Positions 1 through 8,886 of a stretch of DNA of 64,000 nucleotides are shown here, in pieces. The DNA comes from Betaproteobacteria bacterium (GTDB lineage Bacteria > Pseudomonadota > Gammaproteobacteria > Burkholderiales > Rhodocyclaceae): the NCBI GenBank assembly GCA_016234745.1, contig JACRAR010000059.1, positions 3,347 through 67,346 of the forward strand, in the 5' to 3' direction. Each line of letters starts with the position of its first letter. Position 1 is the first letter of the stretch. The notes under the pieces are model-generated. The model was not told the origin of the DNA and searched no databases. It was given only the letters and a program-made list of their open reading frames with translations. A program made the translations under genes and the position numbers.

Positions 1-80
1 ATGGGGCATTTCTCCTGCGATTTCCGGATCGCCAGGATGAAACCGAGGTCAGCACGGGCAGAAAGCGGGTAAAACCCAAG

Positions 81-2150
81 TTGCACTTCCCGACCCAGGT
101 CAGCCTAGCCGTATTGGAGGAATTGGCAGGCAAGCGCTGGATCGTCAAGACGCGGGCATATGTTCCAAAACGGCTGCGCAAAGAACAAGATGAACTGACC
201 GATTTCGAAAAGGCCGTCAAAGTTCGACGCAAAACCGTTGTCAGCAGCTTCATGTCGGATGAAGACCTGCTCCGGATCTTTGAATATGGGCAAATGGGCC
301 GCTACGTTGCCCGTGCGGTCGAGGAACACAATGCCGAGCTAACTGACGAAGACGAAAAGCTTACCCGCTATCACGTCTACCAGGTGGTCTATCGATATTG
401 GCTTCTTGCCTGTGTCGACAACGCACTCATTTCCGACAGCGGGAATTGTGGTGCTCCAGGGAAATACAGAAACCCGGGGAAAGCCAAGCGTGGAAGAACG
501 CCCGATCGTGTGCTGACCGGACATGCTCCAGACAAAGTGGGCGTCAATACCGGCCCCGATGACCGAGCCCTCATCTGGCTTGCCTGGGACAACTATGGCG
601 GCAAGCTTGGTAAATACGCAGCCGCCTACAATAAGATGCTCGAAGACTATTTCAGCAAAGGCTGGCATGAAGACGAGCACGGCTGCTGGGTACCGACAAT
701 ACATTCACTCGAGCAGCGGCCAAGCCTGGAAATTTTTCGGTATTACGTCAAACGCAAATATACCCCTGTTGATCTGCTCAAGCAGCTCATACCCAGTATC
801 ACTTGGCAACAAACCAGACGCGCATTGAAGGGAAAAGCCGCCGACAAGCTATTCGGACCCGCACAAACCTTCATGATCGACTCCACGGTAGCGGATGTCT
901 ACCTGGTCAGTACCTTCAATCCCTATTGGATCATCGGCAGGCCGATAGTCTATCTGGTGAGGGATGTCTGGTCGGGGATGATCGTCGGGGTTCATGTGGC
1001 ACTTGAAGGTCCAAACTGGCACACGGCGCGATTGGCAATTTACAACGCCTTTAGCCCCAAGGGCGAGTTTCTGCGAAGCTTCGGCTTCAATATGACCGAT
1101 GAACACTGGCCGTGCGCGCACGGCTGCCTCAGTCTGTTTCATGACCGCGGTGAATCCCTGTCGATTCCAAGCACCGACAGCGCCAATGTCCTAAGAATCA
1201 TCCTCAGCGCCTGTGCGTCATTTCGCCCGGATTCAAAAGGTCCGATCGAAACCATGTTCAATTGGCTCAACCTCGAAACCGTTCATTGGTTGCCAGGCGC
1301 TGTCCGGTCTCGTCAGCGGGAACGCGGCCAGCGCGACTATCGCCTCGATGCGACGCTCACGCTTTATCAGTTTACTCGCATCATCATTCACGCCATCCTC
1401 ACCTTTAACAGGACAGCGAATATGGGCGATCGGCTGGTCGGGCCAATCGCTGGCCTCGAGATCAAACCTACGCCAACTAACTTGTGGTGCTGGGGCCTGG
1501 AAAATCTCCATGGTTCACCGCCGCAGTGGGATCAGGACACTCTGTACACAGCCTTGCTTCCCAGCAGCATGGCCTCGATACGGGCGGACGGAATTCATTT
1601 TGCGGGGCGCTGCTACCAAGGCGCGATCTCGGACAAGGAGCAATGGCAGGAAACCGCCCGGGCGTTTCATTCCGGCAAACTGAAGGTCAAATACCATCCC
1701 AATAATCCGCAGCAGATTTTCGTGCTCAACGAGATGACGGGGAATTATGAAACGCTGAATATGCACGCCGGCCAGCAGATGCCGGAACATGTGCGTTTCG
1801 AAGAAATCGTCGATTGCCTGAAATATCGGCACTTTATCCACAAAGGGGACGAAGACGTCAGGTTGCTGGACCGGATCGGGCATAACCGGTTCCGAGACGA
1901 AGAAATCAAGAAGGCCGAGGAAACCCGCGCAAACGCGATTCCGCCGGCATCGAAGTCCGAACATCTCTCCGGGATTCAGGATAAACGCAGCTTCGAAGCG
2001 ATGGTTCACCGTCTCCTGGAGTCAGCCCAAGACATGCCGGCAGTGAATGCGCCGCGCGATGACGCCATTTCAACCGCCGCTTGTGACGCCCCTTCCGATT
2101 TGCTTTCCAAACTATTGGCCGAAACGGCCGAGGAGATTGAACATGTCTAG
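81..2150 (+). CDS. DDE transposase, TnsB/TniA (Mu/Tn7 integrase-core) family
   Basis: 689-aa ORF with rve-type catalytic signatures: FMIDSTVADVYLV (first Asp) and HDRGESLS (Glu). Length and C-terminal extension fit TnsB/MuA-type proteins. The start (TTG at 81) is uncertain. Confidence 0.8.
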   Translation: MHFPTQVSLAVLEELAGKRWIVKTRAYVPKRLRKEQDELTDFEKAVKVRRKTVVSSFMSDEDLLRIFEYGQMGRYVARAVEEHNAELTDEDEKLTRYHVYQVVYRYWLLACVDNALISDSGNCGAPGKYRNPGKAKRGRTPDRVLTGHAPDKVGVNTGPDDRALIWLAWDNYGGKLGKYAAAYNKMLEDYFSKGWHEDEHGCWVPTIHSLEQRPSLEIFRYYVKRKYTPVDLLKQLIPSITWQQTRRALKGKAADKLFGPAQTFMIDSTVADVYLVSTFNPYWIIGRPIVYLVRDVWSGMIVGVHVALEGPNWHTARLAIYNAFSPKGEFLRSFGFNMTDEHWPCAHGCLSLFHDRGESLSIPSTDSANVLRIILSACASFRPDSKGPIETMFNWLNLETVHWLPGAVRSRQRERGQRDYRLDATLTLYQFTRIIIHAILTFNRTANMGDRLVGPIAGLEIKPTPTNLWCWGLENLHGSPPQWDQDTLYTALLPSSMASIRADGIHFAGRCYQGAISDKEQWQETARAFHSGKLKVKYHPNNPQQIFVLNEMTGNYETLNMHAGQQMPEHVRFEEIVDCLKYRHFIHKGDEDVRLLDRIGHNRFRDEEIKKAEETRANAIPPASKSEHLSGIQDKRSFEAMVHRLLESAQDMPAVNAPRDDAISTAACDAPSDLLSKLLAETAEEIEHV

Positions 2151-3645
2151 AGTACTCAAGGATATCCCCGCCGACTATCAGACCATTTTGGCACCGGCCG
2201 CCTATGTGGGTAACCCGCTCATCGAGACGCTTCCGAGAATTTTCACCGAAGATGATGTCAGGGAGGACCTTCGCCATTTTCCGAAGTCAGCCTCGGCAGT
2301 CGAGCGGGCACTACCTCCTCACGAGCGGTTGCACTGCGTCTCGGCTATCGACGACCTTGTCATTCCAATGCCCGTAGCGTTTGATGTTGAAGCCGCACTA
2401 TCGGTCCTGATCCGGCGCGGTTATGCAGCGCGCAACCCCTTCAACCGGGAATGGCGCCGCAAGCATTTCCAAATCAAGGAATCCATGAGTGAACCACTCG
2501 AACAATATCAGGTTCGCTGCAAAAGCGTTCCGGCAATCATGGTCACCGGCGTCAGCGGTGGTGGCAAGACCACCCTTATCGAAAGCCTGCTGGAAATGTA
2601 CCCGCAGACCATCATTCACACGGCGTACAAGGGCAATTCGTTCAACTTCAAGCAACTTGTGTGGATTGGGGTGAACGCCAGTTTCGATGCGAGTCTCAAG
2701 GGTCTTGTGCTTGCCATGTTTGGTGCAGTGGATGCGGCGCTTGGAAAAGACTACCGCAGTCAGTTCGAAAGATCCAAGGCCTCCATCGACACCCTAATTG
2801 GTCATCTGTCCGTAGTCTTCACTACTCACCATCTTGGCGTTCTGTTCGTCGATGAAATCCAATGCCTGATGTTGCGTGGTGATGAGGAGGCAAAACTGGC
2901 ATTGAGTCTCTTCCTCAAGATCGCCAATGTCTGCAAGGTGCCAATTGTGTTTGGCGGGACCTATGCGGCCGTGAGGCTCTTCTCGAAGGTGGCGCGAAAC
3001 GCGCGCCGTGTTTGCAGTGGCGGCTATTTCGACCTTGCCTTGCCTGCATCTTTTGAAGACGTGATTTGGGACAAGCTCGTCGTCGAAGTCATCTGGAACA
3101 AATATCAGTGGGTAAATCAGCCGGCACCTCTGATGGACGACTTACGCAAGTTGCTCTTCAAGCTGACGCAAGGAATCCTGGCAATTCTGGTTGCTTTGCA
3201 TCGGGCGAGTCAGGTCTATGCGATTCGGCATGGCATGAATACAGTCGATGCCGCGGTGTTGAATAAGGTCTACGAAACGCAGTTCGTGTTGCTGCACCCG
3301 GCACTCGATGCGCTCCGATCAAACAAGAAGAATCGACTTGAAAAGTTCGAGGACCTGCTACCCCCAAAGGATCAGATGAGCACTCTGCTGCGCCCAAGCA
3401 ATGATGAAGCACTTTTGGAGCGCATCCAACGACTATTTGCAGCAGCCCAGAACGACGCTGCGACAGTGGAAAACGAGGGGGAAGAGCCAGGGAACGCGCT
3501 GTCGATTCCCAAGGCCGCCAATTCTGCAGGTGAAGCATCGCAGGCAGCAGCGCGCTTGATGGAGCAAATCCGCCTTAATCCGGCCCTAAAGGAACTTGCC
3601 CGAAGGTCTGGCTTGATTGGTAGCGAGGAGTGCGGCACAACTTAG
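2143..3645 (+). CDS. AAA+ transposition ATPase, TnsC/TniB family
   Basis: Walker A GVSGGGKTT and Walker B VLFVDEIQ. An AGGAG Shine-Dalgarno lies 7 nt upstream of ATG 2143. The start overlaps the transposase stop codon. The longer track ORF (from 2047) lies inside the transposase gene. Confidence 0.8.
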   Translation: MSRVLKDIPADYQTILAPAAYVGNPLIETLPRIFTEDDVREDLRHFPKSASAVERALPPHERLHCVSAIDDLVIPMPVAFDVEAALSVLIRRGYAARNPFNREWRRKHFQIKESMSEPLEQYQVRCKSVPAIMVTGVSGGGKTTLIESLLEMYPQTIIHTAYKGNSFNFKQLVWIGVNASFDASLKGLVLAMFGAVDAALGKDYRSQFERSKASIDTLIGHLSVVFTTHHLGVLFVDEIQCLMLRGDEEAKLALSLFLKIANVCKVPIVFGGTYAAVRLFSKVARNARRVCSGGYFDLALPASFEDVIWDKLVVEVIWNKYQWVNQPAPLMDDLRKLLFKLTQGILAILVALHRASQVYAIRHGMNTVDAAVLNKVYETQFVLLHPALDALRSNKKNRLEKFEDLLPPKDQMSTLLRPSNDEALLERIQRLFAAAQNDAATVENEGEEPGNALSIPKAANSAGEASQAAARLMEQIRLNPALKELARRSGLIGSEECGTT

Positions 3646-3717
3646 ACGACGATTTTCGCAAGGGTGCGCTGCGAAGCATAACGCAGCGCGATAACCCGTA
3701 AACAGCAACTGGAGAAA

Positions 3718-4209
3718 ATGATGCATAAGAAGGATGATTTGACTTGGCGGTTGCTCATGACCATTCCCGCAGGAATTCTCATGTTCATCGGCCTTGCTGT
3801 CTTGGCAAATGGCGGATCTGACCGCGGAACACCCAGCCGCATTGCTCTCATGAGTCCAGGGTGCGAATTGGTACGCATGACCGGCGTCAGAATTGAGGTA
3901 GTCAGGGGCGACGGTACCTGCGTAATCAGGGGATATGTTCGTCAAAGAGTTTTTTCTAGCGACGTACTGATTGATCTAGGTACTGGAATTGTCTTGGATA
4001 TTGGCGGACACCAAGTGGCTGGACATGTGGCGGACGAGTCTTTCAACGCGCCCTTGGGGTCCGGCCAATTACAGACCATGTGGATCGGGGCTGGAGTCCT
4101 CGTAGCGTCGGCAGCGCTCCTGGCGTTTGCCTTCTGGCCTTTTGGACGGGATACCTACACGGGCCGGAATAATAACGACGGAACGGGCAATGGAGGTAGT
4201 TCATCATGA
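3718..4209 (+). CDS. Hypothetical membrane protein (N- and C-terminal TM helices flanking a beta-rich domain)
   Basis: GGAG directly upstream of tandem ATGs. Hydrophobic segments IPAGILMFIGLAVLA and WIGAGVLVASAALLAFAFW. The stop overlaps the next start (ATGA at 4206-4209). Confidence 0.5.
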   Translation: MMHKKDDLTWRLLMTIPAGILMFIGLAVLANGGSDRGTPSRIALMSPGCELVRMTGVRIEVVRGDGTCVIRGYVRQRVFSSDVLIDLGTGIVLDIGGHQVAGHVADESFNAPLGSGQLQTMWIGAGVLVASAALLAFAFWPFGRDTYTGRNNNDGTGNGGSSS

Positions 4210-4640
4210 AAGACGTACCTGACAACATCTTACAGCAACTTCAAGAAATCACTCCCAAATCCCTTGATGACATCATCCGCACGAACAGGGACAAGGCTAA
4301 GCTTTATCTGAGCACGGAGGCAGAGCTTACTGCCTTGCAGGGACCCATGCCCATTGGATTGGTTAAGGGAAATATTAGCCACTGGAGTTTTATCACATTT
4401 TTCCTGACCCAAAAATCTTGGGCGGGCGTATACCTGACCGGCTTCAATGAAGCAGAGAACTCGTCGTGGATGACTTCAGCGGTGACCGCAATTAACAGGA
4501 CGGCGGTGCTGACGAGGAGCGGTTCGATCTATATCTTGGTTGGTGAGCCTTCCACCGAACCGGACCTGCCGTTCATCTGTGCCACTTTGAACGGCTGGGG
4601 CGTCGGCCAGCACTTCGGGGTGCCGCCGTTATTTTTCTGA
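4206..4640 (+). CDS. Hypothetical soluble protein, translationally coupled to the upstream membrane protein
   Basis: GGAGG lies 9 nt upstream of ATG 4206, with an ATGA overlap to the previous ORF. I recognise no motif. Confidence 0.5.
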   Translation: MKDVPDNILQQLQEITPKSLDDIIRTNRDKAKLYLSTEAELTALQGPMPIGLVKGNISHWSFITFFLTQKSWAGVYLTGFNEAENSSWMTSAVTAINRTAVLTRSGSIYILVGEPSTEPDLPFICATLNGWGVGQHFGVPPLFF

Positions 4641-4699
4641 GGACATCCAAAGGGATGTCGGTATGCGGTGACCTTGTCTACTTGAGGAGAAAATTCAAA

Positions 4700-5362
4700 A
4701 TGAAACGCGCAAAAAAGAGGCCGCCGTTACTCCTTAGGCGGTTTTTCGCTGTACCGCGAACGATGAGTCGCGCCATTAATAGGGCGGTGGCTTCTGTTTC
4801 CGTTTCGAATCGGAAGACAGCGAGGCGGAAGAAAGAGTATGCGTTGCGCGATCTGCTCGCCCAAATGCCGAATGGTTTCCCAATGGACGAAGAGATGCGT
4901 ACATGGGACCAAATGGAGCCGGTCGGCAGCGAGTTCGGTGCGGTCGAGATCTGGGAGGAAGACGGCGAATTCGTCGCCAGATGCAACGATCCTGAGGTGG
5001 CCAGTGAAGGCCGGACAGAGGAAGAGGCGCTGGCCAATCTGAGGGAGGCGTTAAGTCTCTACTACGAGGGCCAGAACAAAGACGCTTACATTGATCTAGC
5101 CCACCGCGTTAGCCAGCTCGAAGATCGAGTGCGTAGCCACGGAATCATGCTGAATGAGGCTGCGGCTCAGGTAAGCGCCATATCAAGAGGTCGCATAGGA
5201 GTGGCCAAAGACCAGGTCGAAGTACCGGAAGACATCGACGCCAGAAACGATGAAGTGAAATGCCTATTCACTAACGGAGACCACGACTGGCAACGCGACG
5301 GCCAGACCCTGACCGCGGTCCGCTGGACATGCAGCAAATGCGGGGTGACGCGCCTATTGTGA
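4700..5362 (+). CDS. Mosaic antitoxin-like protein (MazE/AbrB-tail-like, HicB/UPF0150-like and DUF2281-like segments)
   Basis: GAGGAG lies ~10 nt upstream of ATG 4700; the track ORF starts at 4655. Three segments are reminiscent of antitoxin families: LRDLLAQMPNGFPMDEEMRTWDQMEPVGSEF (MazE-type tail), EIWEEDGEFVARCNDPEVASEGRTEEEALANLREALSLYYE (HicB fold) and GVAKDQVEVPEDIDARNDEVKCLF (DUF2281-type tail). There is no adjacent toxin gene. Confidence 0.45.
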   Translation: MKRAKKRPPLLLRRFFAVPRTMSRAINRAVASVSVSNRKTARRKKEYALRDLLAQMPNGFPMDEEMRTWDQMEPVGSEFGAVEIWEEDGEFVARCNDPEVASEGRTEEEALANLREALSLYYEGQNKDAYIDLAHRVSQLEDRVRSHGIMLNEAAAQVSAISRGRIGVAKDQVEVPEDIDARNDEVKCLFTNGDHDWQRDGQTLTAVRWTCSKCGVTRLL

Positions 5363-5600
5363 GTGTGCTTTTGTCCTGGCACTCGCGGCCGCCATGTTAC
5401 GCTCATGGCCCGATTGGCCAACGCCTCAACATCCAGAGTCAGGTGAATGGGATGCTGTTGCTGCGGATGCGGTGTTTGATCCAATTGCTGATGTTGGGAC
5501 CGCTTCAAAGTCTTGACGCTGCTTTATTTCGACGAACGAATAGTCAATTCTGTTTGTTGTTTTGGTGAAAGCTCCAGCCCTAGGTCCAGCCTGTTCTCAC

Positions 5601-6587
5601 CTAGTATCCGAGGTAGGGGATGGATGATTCAATTACATCGGCAGCGATACCATGCTGTTGGAGCAACCGCTCGACGGACTCACGGCGCTTCGTCTTGTCA
5701 GGGTGCGGCCCAACAATGACTTTCCGAATCGGCAAGACCGCGTTGCGCCCTAGATTCGAGGTGCCGAACAGCTTGACATAGGGAATCAATAGACCAGATC
5801 GGGGCCTAAAGAACAACTCTTTCTGCGGGCGAGCCTCGCCATCACGCTTCTCCTCCCGCCATACCCGTGGGACAGAACGCAAAGCTGCAATCCTCACTTC
5901 AGACTCCTCCTGAAAGCCTCGGTGCTTGGAACGGATACTGAGTTGTACGAGCGGCTGGTACATTTGCTCAAGCAGTTCACGCGCCCCGCTAACTACAAAT
6001 TGCCTTATCGCATCCTGAACCTTGTGTTCATCCTCCAAGGTCTCTGGTAGCGGAGTCCCGTGCTCACTCGAACCATCGTAGTGATAGTCGACATCGCACA
6101 AAAGAAGCGTCTGATGATGGAAGGCCTTGCTCTCCAATTCGAGCAAACTCTCGATGCCAGTCGTTTCGAAGACGATCGCATATCCGCCATCTTGTCCGTA
6201 GCCTCGCCATTGGCTAAGCAGGCCGTCGTTGGGATCAGTCCGTGGAGGTGCACTGAACGAGGCAATATATGGATCGTCCAATTCCAGCGACAGTTCCATG
6301 ATTCCTGAGTGAAGGCGCTGCGAAATATCTGCTGCGCGTTCCCTGATCTCCTCTTCACTACACTCCACCGAATGTGGCGTCGTCGCCAACTGGGACTTCA
6401 AGGCATCCAGGGTCCACTGCGACAGCAGAACTGGAAGTCTGCGCTTAAGATATCCAATTTGCTCCTCGGCGTCGTTCAGGTAAGCAATGCTCGTGGCGTA
6501 TATTTTCTGGCTCGTAATGATGCCAGTCAACCCAGCAGCATTCGTGTAGTGGTAGAGCAATGGCTTTTCTTCTGAGACTTTGCCCAT
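5601..6587 (-). CDS. DUF2971 family protein
   Basis: The N-terminal motif LLYHYTNAAGLTGIITSQKIYATSIAYLNDAEE matches the DUF2971 signature (YHYT...LND.E). GGGAG lies ~8 nt upstream of ATG 6587. Confidence 0.65.
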   Translation of the reverse strand: MGKVSEEKPLLYHYTNAAGLTGIITSQKIYATSIAYLNDAEEQIGYLKRRLPVLLSQWTLDALKSQLATTPHSVECSEEEIRERAADISQRLHSGIMELSLELDDPYIASFSAPPRTDPNDGLLSQWRGYGQDGGYAIVFETTGIESLLELESKAFHHQTLLLCDVDYHYDGSSEHGTPLPETLEDEHKVQDAIRQFVVSGARELLEQMYQPLVQLSIRSKHRGFQEESEVRIAALRSVPRVWREEKRDGEARPQKELFFRPRSGLLIPYVKLFGTSNLGRNAVLPIRKVIVGPHPDKTKRRESVERLLQQHGIAADVIESSIPYLGY

Positions 6588-6614
6588 AGAGGTCTCCCAT
6601 CCCTGTTTGTTGTG

Positions 6615-7802
6615 TTATTGGGCAAGGCCGCTAGCGATGTTCTCCATTTCGCTGGAACAACTGCGGACCCGCTCGACAATTTCTCTCACTGACATCCCGC
6701 CGTCTGCGTGGACCCGCATGGTTTCTGTGAGGTGCAGCATGCGGCCGATCTTCCGCAGCTTCGCCTTCAATCCATCCTGAAGCTCATCAATGTTGTAGTA
6801 GCTGATCTGGGCAATCGTGTGTCCGAGCGTCGCCCCCTCCGACTGAAGATCCTTGTGACGGGTGTTCGCCATATCGTCTGCGCGAGAGGCTAGGCCGGCC
6901 AATTTGCGTGCTGTCGATTTTATGAGCTCACGCACGGCACCGAGCGCCGCCGTCATGGGTATCGGGTCGATGCGCTCGGCCATTAGATTGGAGGCTAACT
7001 CGCCAATCTGCTTGTTCGCAGCCCTGATGTCGCTGCCCGAACCAATAAAGAGTGGCATGTTGGCGAAGTGGTCCAACTGATCGGCGAGTTCTTTCATCTG
7101 GGTGTCGACCGCTTCCTCGACCGCAACTTGCGATGCGGCCAGATGCCGCAATTGACTTGCGGACGACTCGAACGACCAGCGCCACTGGTCCAGCCACGGG
7201 TTCACCTGGCGCTGGTCGGCTTCATCCACGAAAATGAGCACCTCCGCTAGGATCCGCGCGAGTTCTGTATATAGCTCGGACTTTGCCTTGGACGCGGCGT
7301 CGACCTGTGATGCATTCGACTGCTCCAGATAATCCTTGACCTTCTCGATGACTTCGTGGGGCTCAGCAGGCCGTGAGGTGGTCAAGTGGCGAATGTACGG
7401 TGTGTTGTTGCTGTAGTAGAGCGGCTGCGAGCCTTTGGGCACCGACAATACAAGTACGACGGCGTCGGCCTCAACGGCAAATCGGGCCTCGGGAATGATT
7501 GCCGGTTTCACGGTAGCTCTTGAGATTCCCTCCAGGCGTTGCATGGCGTCATCACGTCCCTTTGAATTCCAGCACCCGGGCAATCCGACCAGGTCGCCGT
7601 CATCCGACACCCCAATCAGGATCATTCCCCCGTTGGAAGACGCGAATGCGGCAATCTCTTTCCCCAGGTCGCGGGTGTTCTCAGGAAAGTTGACCTTGTA
7701 CTCCATGTCTTGGCCCTCGCCTCGGGACCGCAGGACGGAGAGGTCGCGCGACAGCGCCGCGTCGGCCCAGTCTGGAATCTGCGATTTAATAGGTGTCGTC
7801 AT
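6615..7802 (-). CDS. AlbA_2 (Schlafen-core / divergent AAA_4) domain protein with an all-helical C-terminal domain
   Basis: N-terminal GEGQDMEYKVNFPENTRDLGKEIAAFASSNGGMILIGVSDDGDLVGL is the typical AlbA_2 pattern (E.K......l.k.i.AfaN..GG.l.iGv.d.g.i.G). The start overlaps the upstream stop (ATGA at 7799-7802). Confidence 0.6.
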   Translation of the reverse strand: MTTPIKSQIPDWADAALSRDLSVLRSRGEGQDMEYKVNFPENTRDLGKEIAAFASSNGGMILIGVSDDGDLVGLPGCWNSKGRDDAMQRLEGISRATVKPAIIPEARFAVEADAVVLVLSVPKGSQPLYYSNNTPYIRHLTTSRPAEPHEVIEKVKDYLEQSNASQVDAASKAKSELYTELARILAEVLIFVDEADQRQVNPWLDQWRWSFESSASQLRHLAASQVAVEEAVDTQMKELADQLDHFANMPLFIGSGSDIRAANKQIGELASNLMAERIDPIPMTAALGAVRELIKSTARKLAGLASRADDMANTRHKDLQSEGATLGHTIAQISYYNIDELQDGLKAKLRKIGRMLHLTETMRVHADGGMSVREIVERVRSCSSEMENIASGLAQ

Positions 7803-8836
7803 GCTTCAGCATTTCCTAAAGCGGAATGGCGAATTGCGACGCGGGTGCCTGAGAAGGAATAGTCGTCAGTACACAATGCTGCCATGTAAGGCTCATTAAA
7901 GCTCTTTAACACGTAGTCGTGAAGAGATACGAAAATATTTGATTGAAGCGTTGTAAACCCACCACCGAGAACTTCGTGGCGCAGAGAGGCGCATTTCCAC
8001 GCATTGCGCAAACTAAAGGCAGTGGAGGGCGTGTCAGCAAAGTCCAGTACATCAAATAGCTGTTTCCCCACCAATACACGTCCCTTGCTTGAGTGGTCGG
8101 TTAGCCGAAAAAAGCGGTCTACCTCTATCCCCACAAAGTCAGAACGTACGATAGAGGCGACCTTTCCAGTCGCGTGATTCGTGATCATCGGAATTGCGGC
8201 AAGATTACCCATCAACTTTTTGAATAATTCATCGCCGGCCGTTATGGGGCCTTTTCCGCAGCACCGGGCAACTATTGGAGAAATTGCAGGTACTCGCCCC
8301 GGCCCAATATCAAAACCCTCGATCAAATCGCAGGTGATCTTAAGGGGTAGTTCCAGTCTCATCGTATCGTCGAACTCATCGAGTCCATCCGGATGGACTA
8401 TAGGCGCGCTTGGCAGGAAGACAATTGCTGGCGACTTGGAGAGTACAGCCAGTAGTGCCCTCAATAGATGGCGGGCATGTTGAGCAACATCGAAGTCATT
8501 TAAGTCCTGGAGCGAATAGGAATACCACCACTCGTCGCCAATTGCCTTTATCAGGAACAACCTGTCCAGTTCGTATGCGCATGGCTGTTGGTTTATCTGC
8601 GCGGCTTCATTTTCCGCGATGAGAAGGTCAAGAAATAGCTTCTCCGTCGCGATCAGGCCACGCGCGAATTCCTCATGGGCTAATGACGTAGCCAGACCCC
8701 ATTTTGCGGCAAACGTGGCTAGCCGTTCCTTGATGACGGTGGAGTCAGCTATGTCAATTGAAATTGATATAAATTTTGTCAACTGTACTATCGGGCGGAC
8801 CGTATCCGAACTATTCGAACCTGTCTGCACAGTCAT
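7799..8836 (-). CDS. Class III nucleotidyl cyclase-like (cyclase homology domain) protein
   Basis: Three motifs in the order expected for class III cyclases: ISIDIADSTVIK (cf. F.DI.GFT), LIKAIGDEWWY (cf. K.IGD..M) and DFVGIEVDRFFRLTDHSSKGRVLV (cf. D.wG..VN.AsR.es....g.i.vs). AGGAG lies 8 nt upstream of ATG 8836, so the longer track start at 8926 is unlikely. Confidence 0.5.
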   Translation of the reverse strand: MTVQTGSNSSDTVRPIVQLTKFISISIDIADSTVIKERLATFAAKWGLATSLAHEEFARGLIATEKLFLDLLIAENEAAQINQQPCAYELDRLFLIKAIGDEWWYSYSLQDLNDFDVAQHARHLLRALLAVLSKSPAIVFLPSAPIVHPDGLDEFDDTMRLELPLKITCDLIEGFDIGPGRVPAISPIVARCCGKGPITAGDELFKKLMGNLAAIPMITNHATGKVASIVRSDFVGIEVDRFFRLTDHSSKGRVLVGKQLFDVLDFADTPSTAFSLRNAWKCASLRHEVLGGGFTTLQSNIFVSLHDYVLKSFNEPYMAALCTDDYSFSGTRVAIRHSALGNAEA

Positions 8837-8886
8837 ATTGGCGCTCCTGCAGCAATTTGGGGCGACCGAAGTCGCCCCAAGACCGT

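Noticed and set aside
1-72. Open frame 1 at the window start (…MKPRSARAESG stop), possibly the 3' end of a tnsA-like gene
   Set aside because: Only 23 codons are visible, which is too short to recognise any family. It is mentioned as context only.
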